A DNA stretch of 64,000 bases from Ophelia neglecta (Eukaryota), in NCBI GenBank assembly GCA_965285935.1, contig OZ260662.1, positions 80,662,001 to 80,726,000 on the forward strand. The letters run 5' to 3'. Positions 1-13,184 of this stretch are shown in pieces. Both the position numbers and the translations under genes were made by a program. The first letter of the stretch is position 1. Every line of letters starts with the position of its first letter. Below the pieces are notes generated by a model, which searched no databases, was not told the origin of the DNA, and saw only the letters and a program-made list of their open reading frames with translations.

Positions 1-3000
1 CCAGGAATTCACAGACTGACGTATCAGCGGGATCGACCAGACTCCCCCAAGGCATCAAGATGAGACGGGCAGCCGTGTGGATTGTAACAAAAGCCTTAAG
101 ATGAGGAGCTAGCCGCCGGATTTCCGTTTGTACGTTCTGGACTTCTATCTGATCAGCGGGAGCTTCTCCTTTGTAGACATTTGAACATGGATTGGCACTG
201 GCACCAGCGTCTGGAAATAAAATGTTCTAAGCTCTGGTTTTGATAATGCAACTGATATATCTAAAAAAAACATTTCCTCCCGTTTGAATGCAAAATTAAA
301 TGAACATTTGAAATAAAACGTTAGCACGTTAAGCCCACGCCACACAGATCCACATACTTCCCCATTGGTGTTCGTAATTTCTGTTCAAATCTACGCCTAT
401 GCAGTTTAAGACGAGTTCAGTATTGTTATATCTATTCTTTCTCCAAAGTCTTTCCTGAAACCAAAACCAACCTTAACATTACAAATATTGAGGCCAAAAC
501 AACCGGCTATTGATTAAAGACGGACGTGCGGAGGCTATGCGGAGGCGGACGTCATGGATATGTCTGGGTGGCAAGAAGCAAAATTCTCCATCAAAGCTAA
601 GGTAAGGGCTAGGGGTTTATTCAGTGTCCGGGAAAGGGTTAGGAACAGGTTTATACAGGTCTAGTATTGTGTCCTAAACTCGGGATTAACTTCCGCAAGG
701 CTCCGCTTTTAATCAGAGGCTAAAAAATGCAATAAATAAACGAACGACGGATCATGGGAACAAGTATTGTAATGACATCTTCTTACATCCGTCCAACTAT
801 AAACGTAACCATCCGGGTTGTGTACAAACAGGAAGTACCAGTCTCCATCATCTAACATCATCCGGGCATCCGTGTCCGAGTCGTAGTTGGTTATAATCTA
901 CAAAGAAAATAAAAACGAAAATGCCAAGAAGTAAGGCTATTACCAGATAGAGTAAGAATATAAACATTAACCAATCACGGAGCGAGCTATTCCGTGTAGT
1001 CTTATATGTGCAAGGCGGAATTCTAGGATGTCATTATTACTTGCACAATGAGGGATATTGGAATTTGAAATTCTCAAAATGGGGACCTGCGGCCAACCTA
1101 GATAATAGGTGTATAGGCATATTAGCAATGTTTTGGCAGAACCCATGATCAAAAAATTTCAGAAAGTCGCCAGTAGGTCTACCATCCTTTTGTATTTAAC
1201 ATTAAAAGGGAAAAAATCGCGATCGGCTTCAATATTTATCAAGGATGTTGTTTTGCTGATCAAGCCCTACTGCTACTGTTGTGAGCGGCTTTGTGCCTGG
1301 GGTCTGGGAGGCGTTGTGCATTTTTTCTCTCCCTTCAACTCAGGAGTCTGAGCTTATCAGCAGTGATCAGGTGTTGGTGGTGTTTTCTGCCCCCCCCCCC
1401 CCCCACTCCTCCCTCCTCTCGTTGCCCTCGCCGTAATAATAGTTGTTCTCCACCTTCTTTGCATTTAACTAAGTTCCATTTTCTGTGTTAATATTTTGCT
1501 CGCATTTATAGTTATGTAAATTGTATCAACTCCGGTGTAACTATGTAGTTCAGGTACGAACAGACGAACTGATACCCAAATACAGAAGGACAAGACAAAA
1601 ATGCGTAGCCCTGTAGAGGTAACCAAGAACAACAATGTATATAACATTGCTCACGTGGTTGGCTATCTTCAGATTTGTTGCCACAGCAAGCCACTCTCTC
1701 GCGTGGATCTGGGAGTCCATCCAGTAGGCTCTGCGATACGGCTGGTCTTTGTACACCTATAAATGATTATCATCTTAACAGAAAAACAGTATATGACAAC
1801 ATCTGCCAGAAGAAGCTTGATAATTACATTAGGGTTTTCCAGAAATTGCCCTGGAGCGGGGGGGGGGGGGGGATTTTATTTTTTGACCAAACCCCTCCGG
1901 ACTCGCTTGAAAAGCACCTTCCCTAACCCCTGTACAAATATGAGTAATTAAACCCACCACCCCCAGAATTCTCAACCCCCATCCTACGGACAATTTCAAC
2001 ACTTTTTTCTGAAAGTGATTGTTTGCAGAAATTTCTATTTTAGCTTTACTTAGACCTTATCACATCAAAAATCTCCATTGGAATTGAAAAGTAAAATCCC
2101 TGATTGGCAATAAGTTGCTGAATTAGTGGAAATGGCAGTAGACTTGCTGGTCTGATCACTTGGTGACAAGAGGTTCTCTGCCGCTACATGAATATCCAGG
2201 ATATTCAACTTCGATACATTTAGGTCAAACTATTGTACGTCAACAACTTATATGTGGAAAGTGTAAAAGGGGGATGGAAATCATGGATTGAAGTAAGGTT
2301 ACAGTCAATATTTATTCTTCATTTTTCCCAGTTATTATGTAATGTACCGCCCGCTTCTGTTAGGAAAGAAATGAAACAAGCTATAGCTGTGAAACCATAT
2401 TGAAACTGACTGCCCCCCCCCCTCCCCCAGAGGATAGAAAAGCCGGTATTTAATAGCTACTTACCCTCAGGACTTTCTGATCTCTTCCCTCGTAAGACTG
2501 ACCGATGACGTAGGTCTCACATTGTACACCAAGGTGTGTTGGACACCTAGATGCCATGACGTCCATTTCATCTATAATCTTTCCAAACAATATCATTCAT
2601 TAAAACAAGGCAAAATTTAAATTGATTTCTTATTGAAAACATCTCTTAAATATGAGTAAAATCAGACCTCCTCATATGTATGAAAGTCGTTGTAATCAAA
2701 TGTTGCACGTCTCTGCATCCTTCTTCGTTCGATAGCTTCCATTTCCCTCGAAATCAGGCTGCAAAATATCTAAAGAAGTTACTTCAACTTAAAATGATTA
2801 TAATGTAAATAAAATTGAAAATCCCGTAGCGTCATAAAAGCAGAATAATAGGAGCATTTACTTTTGAATGTCCGTAATTACAGTCTTGACCACCATGCCT
2901 TTTGACTGCAGGATGGAACGCACTTCATCTCTTTGACCCGGAGACACCATTATTTGTGCTTCATCTCCGATTCTTCGGGCATCCAGCCAGAAATCTAACT

Positions 3001-3424
3001 GAAGTTGAATCGTTTCAATCAATAACTGATACCCATTCCCCCAATGTCAGTTCCTCCATTTATAACGAAAATCAATTAATAGACATACATATTCTAGACT
3101 TCTACAATTGAATTAGCAAAGTTTGTTACTAAAGAAACGAAATGTCCACCTGGTCATTGTCTTGAGAAAGGTGATAAACATGATCTAGTTCTTCTCTTGT
3201 GGCTGGCACGACGCTAAGAAGCTGATAACTGGAAATGATTACAAATCTCATTAATTATAGATTGTATAATGGATTGTCAAGAATTTAGTTAATATGAAAT
3301 AATAACTTTGAGTATATTTTATAACGATCATACATTACCCTTTATACAAGTCCCTGTTTCTGAAACCATCACAAACTTGGAGGCCTAGAACGCCGAAGAA
3401 TAAAAGCAATGTTACAACGTTCAT
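1..3424 (-). CDS. M14A zinc carboxypeptidase (CPA/CPB-like preproenzyme), paralog 1; 3' end runs off the window
   Basis: Nine phase-consistent exons: 3424-3339 (signal peptide MNVVTLLLFFGVLGLQVCDG), 3228-3150 and 2998-2862 (pro-domain, LDFW), 2758-2668 (FDYNDFHTYEE), 2578-2465 (GQSYEGR), 1756-1655 (HAREW Zn motif), 897-787 (NPDGY), 454-358 (WRKNR, GVDLNRN), 210-<1 (PCSNVYKG, HTAAR..PWG). All introns are GT-AG. Confidence 0.95.
506..721. mobile_element. Intronic MITE-like insertion with imperfect terminal inverted repeats
   Basis: Left end GGCTATTGATTAAAGACGGA, right end TCCGCTTTTAATCAGAGGC. A related left end recurs at about 41219 (GCTATTGATTAAAAGCGAAGG...GCGGAGGCGGA). Confidence 0.5.
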
Positions 3425-5532
3425 GATTAATTATATTCTAGTAATTTAGTTCACCTGGCATGCAACTTTATTATCTCAACTAAATGAACTTTGGAAAGTT
3501 GATAAAATGCCACTGCTGTAGTTTCAACGAGATAAGTGAAACATTGTATTGCACTTTCCAAAAATTGGCTGCGTAATTAAGGATATTTTCTCCTTGCTTT
3601 GCTTATTATAAGTAAAAGTACATTTATAATTCGAGGTCTCCCTGTGCTATGCAGGAATAATAAGTGTGGATTCCAAAGTTATTATAAATGAGGGAATGAG
3701 AAAGATTGGGGCCAATAGAGCTGGTCGCTGACGGGGGATGGGGTTGGGGTCGGGGGTGGGATGAGTATATTAACACTATATACTGGCCATTTGTCAGACT
3801 GTTGTTGGGCATTTTGATGGGCAACCGAGCCGAGCAATTGAGTTGCTATGGAAGTCAGTGATTACAACATTATTCTAACTAAACATGGTAATGTTTTAAT
3901 ATTTATCATGAATTATAGATATCTTCTACATACAGGTAGGTATAGTCAAGTTTAAATCAAAGACCTGTGCTTGGTTTACAAAGGGATCACCTTCCTATAC
4001 TAAAGAGTGAATCATGACTGGTAGGATAGAAGGTAGGAGTCAATTAAATGCTTGCTCACATTTTAACTACGCATCACTTACCAAAACTCTTGAATTTTAA
4101 ACACATTTTTTCACGTTTAACCATATGCAAAATAACAATTTTTATAAGTATATATATCAATCATCACAATGTACAATATACAATGTCAAAGATACAGTAA
4201 TTTATATCCACAATCATTCATTAAACCAATACTCATTAGTTTCAGAACCTGTATCTATGTCACTTATGTCCTATTTAATTAACTGGAATGTCTAGCATGT
4301 ATTTATAGAAAGTTATTTTATCTTTAGAGAGGGTCTGAAATAGACTGAAATGACTATATTAACACATTCTAGAATATTCATTTGAACGATTCCATATCTT
4401 ATTATCTATCATGCCTGGAAATGTCACTGCTTTTCGCAAAGCCCTCCAATTGGCTCAATATTTATAAAGAATCAGCCTTGCCATAAAGTAAAACTTACTC
4501 TATAGTGTAAGAAAAAGACATCACAGTTTCGTGTCGTGTTTTTCAAGGTAAATCCAACATCCTACTATATGTAAATCGGCAAACTTTAACTAATGGTTGA
4601 TGGGAAATTATATGGGATTACATTATATTGGATAAGCCTATTAGGGGTGATGTTTCTTGTCAATACAATGATGTCTCATTTTCTGCCCCAATTTAATACG
4701 CAGACCGATTGCTCATTATTTATTTAATAGAACGTTACGCCACTGTTGCATATATTGTTACAAGGTAATTATATTACAAAGCAGATGAGGACTTAGTTGA
4801 CAGTTCGAAGAAAAGAGTTCCATTTAGGTGTTTTAAAGCATTTCATGTCATCGACCGAATGGGTTTTTCCCATCGTTAATCGAAATAGGCGAAGTCAACC
4901 TGTTTACAATAATTAGAAATGTCCTCTCCTTTCCATGGTGTTTCAAGTTTAAAATTTTACACATTGGAATGACGGGATTCTTTTTCGAGACGGAAATGAG
5001 ATAGGTGAAGAATAAAATTACATTTCAAAGTATAGTGATATTCATAAGACATTGATTAATGTGAATGTACATATCTTGTCTTCAACAACTGATAAACTCT
5101 ATAAAGCAAGGTAAGATTATAATTATTTTTTATTGACAGTCGAACGTTAAACAATAGCTTCTTCACTCATGCTCCTTGATTGAAGTCCATTCCATTTTAC
5201 TCACGTGACTTGACTTATACTGTATTAATTCTTGAATTGAATAATTACACCGCGATCAACAGAAATGAACATCATTGAATAGCATTTGAACATATGATTT
5301 GAATCCGGCGATAATAATTATGTTTTTTTCGTGGCAGTTCTTTTAGCCGTATAAATTCACCTCCGCATTCTGATATAAAATTGCCATTTAAATAAAAATT
5401 GTCATTTAAATATAAACTCATTAGACCCTCTTTTGTTATATGTTCTAAATAAGTTCAGACAAGCTTGCTTTCCAATCAGATATAATTTTAAGATAAGTAG
5501 TATCCATATTTCACCACATGTCACCACCGGCA

Positions 5533-8500
5533 TCAGACGAGAGGCCATCCAGAAAGAAAATAGAGTGGAATAAACAGCCACCAACAGAAGAGCTTAGTCA
5601 CGGTACCTCCGCCGCCTGTCGAACCTTTCATGAAAATATTTAGTCTGGCTTTATATACTACATATCAAACCACTGATCCAGGAAAATGTTTAGTCACATA
5701 CGTATTTAATCAATTAAGTTTCGGACATTGGCAATAATAACTAATCTTACCATTATGATTTTCACAATTAAAATTGCTTTCCCCTGCGTTTATAGAGTCT
5801 ACCATTGTCACAAATCCGGTCCACATTTCCATGAAGGAGAAATATATTTGCTCAGGAGGGGGTAACAATCCAAAATATGTATTATTTTCATCCCTGTTTC
5901 TCAACTCTGGAGTGAACGAGTATCTTATCATACCGACGCCCCTGGCATAATCTTGAGCCAGTCCTGCTGCTGGTGCTGAACGAAAACAATATGCAGTAAG
6001 AGCATTTTGAATAATCCATGCATCATTATTTAAAGATTTACTGTGCTATTTGGCGTTATGCTATATATTAGATTCAGAAACGACATGCTTACAAAAAGTA
6101 TCACAGGCGTTCCCTCCTGTCCACGTGCTGTGATTGAAATGTTCCTGTATCTTCTTAGCCATCAGCTTGGCAACGCCATCCTAAATTGTTGTTGATATCA
6201 GTATGTGTTCATTTTATCTTTAGTAATGCACCAATAATACATACAGCCGTTTCATATATGTGAATATAGGTACTTACTACATGTACGCTTTCGTACTCTT
6301 CTAGGAATTCGCAGACATATTCCGTGGCGTTGCCTTCAGCTATCGTGCCCCATGGCGACAAAATAATGCGAGCGGCGGTATGCAAGGTAACGAATGCTTT
6401 CAGACGAGGAGCCAAACGCAGGATTTCATTTTGGACGTTAAAGACCTCGGCCTGGTCAGCGGGAGCTTCACCCTTGTAGACTTCGGAACATGGATCGTCA
6501 CTGGTACCAACACCTACGGATAAAAATGCACATGTGCAACGCAGTCCGTTTACCCGTGGTCACATCCCGCCGTACTTGCAAGTGCGTGCTGTCTACTTGC
6601 AAAAACGTCGGCAAACATTTGGGGATACGTACGTGGTGAGTAACGCCTCTGTACGGATTTGGGAGCTCGCAGAGCAACATAGATACGCCGTAGAAATGTT
6701 AGTGCATGAGGAACTGTCGCTGCGGTCGGGCTACGGAAAAGAGGTCAATATATAAACCTGCCTTAAAGACAACCTCTATAATTAGACCACCTGCCAATCA
6801 GACCACTAAAAGGAGCACAATGATGTATACTTTCAATGTTGAATAACCTGTCAAAACAGACCACCTCCAAAATCAGAACTCGATTTTCCATTCCCTTGGG
6901 TGGTCTTAATTCACAGGTTTCACGGTATATATATGTTTAGTTGGTTGTTAATTTTCCGACAAAATGTTGTTCAAATAGCTGTATAACACCAAAGTAATTC
7001 AACTGTCCTCGTCATATAACGATGTACTGGATGTACTTAAAAAACTAACCCATACTACGATATTTCCACAAATTTCCTACGATAATATTCAAAGAACAAA
7101 AAACCTAAACTTTCAATCGCCTGTCCTTCAACCTGGTGTCCCAAAGGCGTGCTGGTCTTTCCAAAGTTCTTAAAATAATGTTTACCAATTTTACTAATTG
7201 AATTAACTATTTAGCATAAATGTACGTATGATGAACCATTAAGTACACTTTTTATTATAAAGCACTCACTTCCCCAACGGTAATCATAATTCCGATTCAG
7301 GTCAACTCCTTTGCACTCTGTTCCTGGTACTTTTTCGGAATTAGGGAAACGATTTTTTCTCCAGAAACGTTCCTAAATTGGACAAGTCTGATTAATCATA
7401 TATATGTGATTCGGTCAACAGTTTAGATGATTACGACAATAAATAGGTGTCATATAAAAGCCAGTTACATCGGTCCATGTGTAGGCGTAGCCATCTGGGT
7501 TGTGTAGGAAGAGAAAATACCAGTCTCCGTCGTCCATCAGTCTCCGGACCTCCTCACTGCTGTCGTAGTTTGTTATCAACTGCGGAAAATATTTGGCATA
7601 TCACTGGCAATTAACGCTATGGATTGCCTCATGTCTAGGCGTGAGTGCGACAAGCTGCACAGTTGCGGCTCATACAGAAATACAAACTTGCCAGGTTTCA
7701 AAACATGGTTAAAGCTCAATGTACGGAAGTCGGGGCTTGCTGACATTGTGCTAAATATGGGAGAAGATACCCGGCTGACACACAAAACTCGGTGATCAAT
7801 AATGAGCCAGAAAATCGGTCAATTCGTACATTTACAGAGTCACAGATTTGACTTAGAATTCGTCATGTTTTATTCTTAAAAAGAATATCGTTATATCCGT
7901 TTGGAAAGTCAATAATTATAAAATCGACGATTTAATTCTAGAATCAATTTGCAAATGCCTTAACACTATATATTCCAATGATTCTGTCGTCCATTACGCT
8001 GAGTCGAACTGAGACATCAACGTAGGTTGTAGATACACACGTGCAATCAAACTTTATAGGAAATTGGCACACTTTATATAACTATTGCACTACCGCGGAG
8101 TTGAACAAACCCGGCTTCCTCAACAGACGACAAGTACCTTTAAAAGTGTGCCATTAGACAGCTTGTTTTGCTGAAGTCAATTGCATCTCTGGTCCCACTT
8201 GTACTTAGTAGACTGTTTTAGCCATATTTTACTTACGGTGACCTTAGATTGGTTAAATTTGTGAATTAGCATCATGGGAATCTATTGAGTACACTTGATA
8301 ACAAGATTCATTATAATTTTTCTCGTATATTAGGAACCACTTGTAGATATCACCACTGGTTCTTCGCAATTATAGAGCTGGGGATTGCAGTTTGCGGACC
8401 TGCAGCTCACAGTTTCCGATGAATTCGGACAGATTTAGTGGATTTCTTTTGATCACGAGATTTGGTTTCATCCAATAGGTATATGTTTCCGTAGTTCTGT

Positions 8501-11500
8501 TTCGCCACCAACATCATAGGATGGACTGTCGTTGGGTATTAGACTGTCATCTGAACTCGGACCTAGCTCTTTAAATCCTCGATTCTTAGCGTTATCTGAC
8601 TTATTTTTTTTATATCATTTCCAGATAATTAGTGGATGATAAATTCGCATGGTTTTATTAAATTTATTAATGTATGATTAATAAGAAATTAAGCCACCCA
8701 GTTAACGTTCATACTTGAACTCAGGTTATTTAATTCCGTTTATTATTGAATGAATCTTTGAAAAATATCGGCTGTATACATTTTTATTTCTCAGGTCACT
8801 GTGAAGTTGATTAAAATAAAGCACAAGGACGTGGAATTAGTGACTTCGCTTTATTTATGTTTTCTATAAATTATTCCACACAAAATTAAAGATAATCCAC
8901 CCCAATCAACGAAAATGTATTTAATAATAGCGAAACAAATCAAAAGATACAGATAGGCTCATACTTAGAAGATTTTCTCAAGAAAGCTATTTACCAATCT
9001 CTATTATGATATCGTTTTCATCAAGAAAGCAATAAACCCCACTCTACCATGATTTTCGTAAATGGATTTTAATTGCTTGAACATAACTTACATGTTTGGC
9101 TATATTCATGTTGGTAGCCACTGCGAGCCACTCTCGGGCATGGACCATGGAATCCATCCAGTACGCCCGTCGGTTTGGCTTGTCAATATACACCTATTGA
9201 GAACCCAAGATTAGGCCACGCAGTTCAACAGACAATGCACACAATTATTACACAGCTATAAAGCAATTACCACTCCTCAAAATAAGTTACAGTGAAGCGA
9301 CTGTGCGTTTACCCTTTACCGTGTGTAATCAAAATAAAACAAAGCTGTTTTCGCAATTATTGCCTTACTCTCAGCACTTTCTGTTCTCGTCCCTCGAAGG
9401 ATTTCCCAAGTATGTACGTCTCACACTTGATACCAAGGTCCCCACGACACTTTGAAGCTAAAACATCAGTCTCCGCGATAATCTAGACATAATTATTAAG
9501 AGAGAAAACGAATTATCATAAACACATTGAATTAATGTAAATCTGCAATTACTTTAGGCAGGAGAAAACACGAATTAGAAACCAAAGAATTGAAAAATTT
9601 TACTTCTTCATATGTATGAAATTCGTCGTAATCAAATTCAGTCGATAGTTTGATTCTACCTAGAAGATGCATCTTCTCCTTGTACAACAACCTATAAAAC
9701 ATCTAACAAATAAACACACTGCAGTCGATCATGACCGACCATAGTTGCATTTTGTTGAATTTATCCAAAGGGATAATAACCATTTTATTTTATACTTTTT
9801 CCTTGTACGAAACTGTTGACATGACTGTGTTCGTCGATTTATTCGATCTTACCTTTCCACATAGTCGAATATAATTCTCTGCTCCATGCCGAGATCTTTC
9901 AGTTTTTTAAACATATTCTTGTATTTGTGTGGGGGCACCAAGATGTTTGCCTCATCCTTAGGCCTGTGTGCGCCAGCCCAGAAGTCCAACTACAGATCAT
10001 GCAAAGGTGAATATAAGAAAGCAAATATTGAAAATCTGTCGGCGCTATGCGGCCAGAAAACAATAGAGTGTCCTTACCAACACACATCCCCTCCCATTGC
10101 TCCCCAGAGCAGCAGCGCCAAGCGCACGACAGAGCGCCTCATTGTCGAATGTTCGTGACATTTTATCAAGTCACTTCTGACCCATGAAGTCAACATAAAA
10201 TTACAAACCCATTATATACAAAACAGAAATATTCATACGTTTCGCACACATACACACACAGTACTTTACACACGCTGAAACTTATTCAACTTGAACAACT
10301 GAACAGAGCGTAACATGAACAACCAAAGCTAAAGGTATTCACACATGCCAACGTAATTAAAAAGCAAGGTCCATTATTATGAAATCATATACACCAACAA
10401 ATAGCATACATATATCTATATAAAAGAATAATGAAAAAGTGCCATGCCCTTCAATGAATATGAAACTGAAAAAGGTTTAGATATTTGCACTACATGCGTG
10501 GAACTACAGAGGTTTTCTTTCCTGTGACACCGAGAGAAGCATACAATATATATGGACACATTCTAATAAAATAACTAAAAGCTTCAGGTATACTCAGGAA
10601 ATTTAGAACAGATCTTGCCAAAGAAGGTGCTCTCATTTCCCCAAGCCTATCGCAAACTATTAAGAAATGTAATTCGTCCTCGACACCAACTTGACACAGA
10701 GGGCTGCCGGCATATCCCGCTTTGTACTGGTAGTTTTGGTCTTTGGTGTATGCCAATCTCAATTTGCAGTCTGTGATTGCTTAGACGTAATTTAGTCAAA
10801 ACCTGCCCTGAATTAAAGTTCGTACAGGTAAGATATTATTCGCATGCGAAATCATTCTTAAAGAATTGGTAGATGCGCAAGATCGGATTACTCTCTGTTA
10901 GTGATTTTTTTTCCCATAAATCTATATAGGCCTACTGAGTTTAAATTACTTTTTAAAGTGACATACAATCGAGGCAATTCTAGAGATATCAACATGTGAT
11001 GCGGACCAGTTAATAAAATCGATAACTGACCTGTCCTTGGACGGCCATGTTCCAACACCCATATTTCCCAAATCTACAAAACTATTGTACACGTGTTTAA
11101 CAATCCTATCATCTGGGTTCCTTGGAAGCCTAAGCATAAATCTGTATATTTGTGCATAACAATACGTAATTCCAAAATAGTTCGAGGGGAAATGATCTTC
11201 CGCTATCATGCCATCCCCTCTCCTCCCAATCTCATTCAGCAGATCTTGTCGGAAGCTTGGTTTCCGCCAGCTTCGTGATAGGACCTGTTGAGGTCTTATA
11301 CTTTCTCAAGACATAGGTTCCATTGTAACAGCAAACAATAAAACAGCCTTCAAGACATTTTCAAACGTAAAAACAATAAAAGTGCATATATTTCAATCGG
11401 TCGCCACGGTTGCTACGGTGTTGTGGGGTAACAATATGTAATTATTGGACACGAGGGCAAATATTACAAGCCTTCTTATATTTAAAAACTTAGGACATAT

Positions 11501-12778
11501 ATTATGTCTAAGTCTACCTTTGAGTCTGAGTTATATGTGAAAACATATATGTCCAGGAGGGAAAGATCCCTTATAGCTCAATTGAGATGTGGCATTTTAC
11601 CTATTAATATAGAGACGGGAAGATTTAGTAACTTGAGAGTCGACGAGAGAATATGTACTTTGTGTGAATCCTGTATTGTCAAGGATGAGAAACATTTACT
11701 ATTTGAATGTCCTGTGTATATTATGACATAAGATCTGATTTCTATGACGTTTTGTCTAACTATAATCTAGATTTCAACAGGTTGAATATACAAGAAAAGT
11801 TTATTCACGTAATGAAACATTGTAAAGAACTGGGGAGGTTTCTAAATAAGGTATGGGAAAGGAGGCAAAATACTTTGTTAATAAAAGCTTCGCGCCTCGC
11901 TCAGATAATAACATTTCAAGCTTGTTGAACTTTGTTTTTACGCAAAGTAAGTTCATCCATACTCACATTTTAAATGTCCATATATTATATAACGTTATGT
12001 TATGTGTGACTGTGCAAAGTAGTATGTAGATATAAATGCAATTTATAGTAATGACAATTTATGACACCGATACAGGTAAGCGATAACGTATCAACTTCAG
12101 CACAGTATAAAACATATTTGAGACTTAAATATATCTAGTGTTGGTTTGATGTGTCTGCTATTATAGATAGAAGCTTATAGACAGTAGGGCCAATTTTTGA
12201 TCTGCTATGAGTTAAAAAATGCACAATTGAGCGTCAACCCCCCTACCACCAAGTAACTAACAGGTCTTATGCGGTTTGATCACGCTATTAATAGTATGTG
12301 ACAAACCTGTTTAAAAGCCATTAGCCATTTGACTTACATTGGCCTTATCGGCCATTTTAGATTTCTCGTGACTAACACCCGTGAATGTTTCAATAGTGGA
12401 GATTCGGTTTCAAAATACATATATAAAATAAGTACATTCTCTTTTTTGTGGCGATGTAATTATAGCAGAGAAAAAGTAATGTATAGCTGAAACGTACTAT
12501 CGGAAAGCGACTGACCTTGACTTCATTGAGAGAGATGTCACGCAGTTGTTTTACTTGTTCATCTGTTTGTGGCGTTACGCCTATCACTCGATATCTGAAG
12601 TCAACAAAAAACATGGTAAAATATAAAAATAACGACAAAATTAAAAAAAACCAATTTGTAGCATAATAAAATGGCTTAGATAGCAGTGACCCCTTGCCTA
12701 CCCTTTGTACAGCTCAGGATCGTAACCCTGGCAAAGGGCACATCCTATGAAAAATATCGCGAACGAGATGAAGTTCAT
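5533..12778 (-). CDS. M14A zinc carboxypeptidase (CPA/CPB-like preproenzyme), paralog 2, with C-terminal GPI-signal-like tail
   Basis: Twelve phase-consistent exons: 12778-12702 (MNFISFAIFFIGCALCQG), 12594-12516, 9989-9853, 9691-9604, 9482-9369, 9193-9092 (HAREW), 7579-7469 (NPDGY), 7372-7270 (WRKNR, GVDLNRN), 6513-6278 (HTAAR), 6180-6093, 5975-5751 (YSFTPELR, Glu270), 5624-5533 (GSTGGGGTVTKLFCWWLFIPLYFLSGWPLV*). Intron positions and phases match paralog 1. Confidence 0.95.
6754..6926. mobile_element. Tc1/mariner-type MITE (CAGTGAAACCTG family), intronic copy
   Basis: AAACCTG...CAGGTTTCACGG termini with internal GACCAC/GTGGTC subrepeats. It is the reverse-complement homolog of the copy at 29518-29694. 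Confidence 0.7.
10560..11200 (-). mobile_element. Decayed non-LTR retrotransposon ORF2 3' end (CR1/L2-like clade)
   Basis: Minus-strand translation LRIYQFFK..E*YL...LTKLRLSNHRLQIEIG followed by C..VEDELHFLIVC, a typical LINE C-terminal CCHC region. Stops and frameshifts are present. Confidence 0.8.
11470..11930 (+). mobile_element. Decayed non-LTR retrotransposon ORF2 3' end (CR1/L2-like clade)
   Basis: ERSLIAQLRCGILPINIETGRF...RICTLC...DEKHLLFECPVY, then a frameshift to ...LGRFLNKVWERR. Confidence 0.85.
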
Positions 12779-13099
12779 GCTCCCGTTTTCTTGATTAATT
12801 TATCAGATAGGCTCTGTGCCTTTATAAGGCAGCAGGATCGAACTTTGCAACTCTTTAGCTGCATTTGTTTATGCAGGCGATCGTAATTTATATAGATTTG
12901 AAGTCACTTCAGTAAGGATTATATAGCATAGAGGTAACCATTTTGTGATAAGACTCGTACCTCCCGTTACTTCTTGTCAGCTAATAATTAAGCCAGGTTG
13001 CCGTGACAAGGGTACCCAGGGACCATGAACCAGTGACGTCTAGCCTAGTGATAGTTATACTAATGAGGGTGTCTTCATCTTATAAGAACAGCATGATCC

Positions 13100-13184
13100 T
13101 CATATTGGTGGTCTGAATTGACAGGTGGTCTGATTATAGAGGTTGTCTGATTATAGAGGTGGTTTTTAAGGCAGGTTTCACTGT
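13100..13184. mobile_element. Partial Tc1/mariner-type MITE (right arm)
   Basis: GTGGTCTGAATTGACAGGTGGTCTGATTATAGAGG...GGCAGGTTTCACTG followed by TA, nearly identical to 29636-29694. Confidence 0.75.

Noticed and set aside
4782-4830. Hammerhead-like string CAGATGA-GGACT...AGTTC-GAAG
   Set aside because: Two core positions deviate from CUGAUGA/GAAA and no stems I/III are evident.
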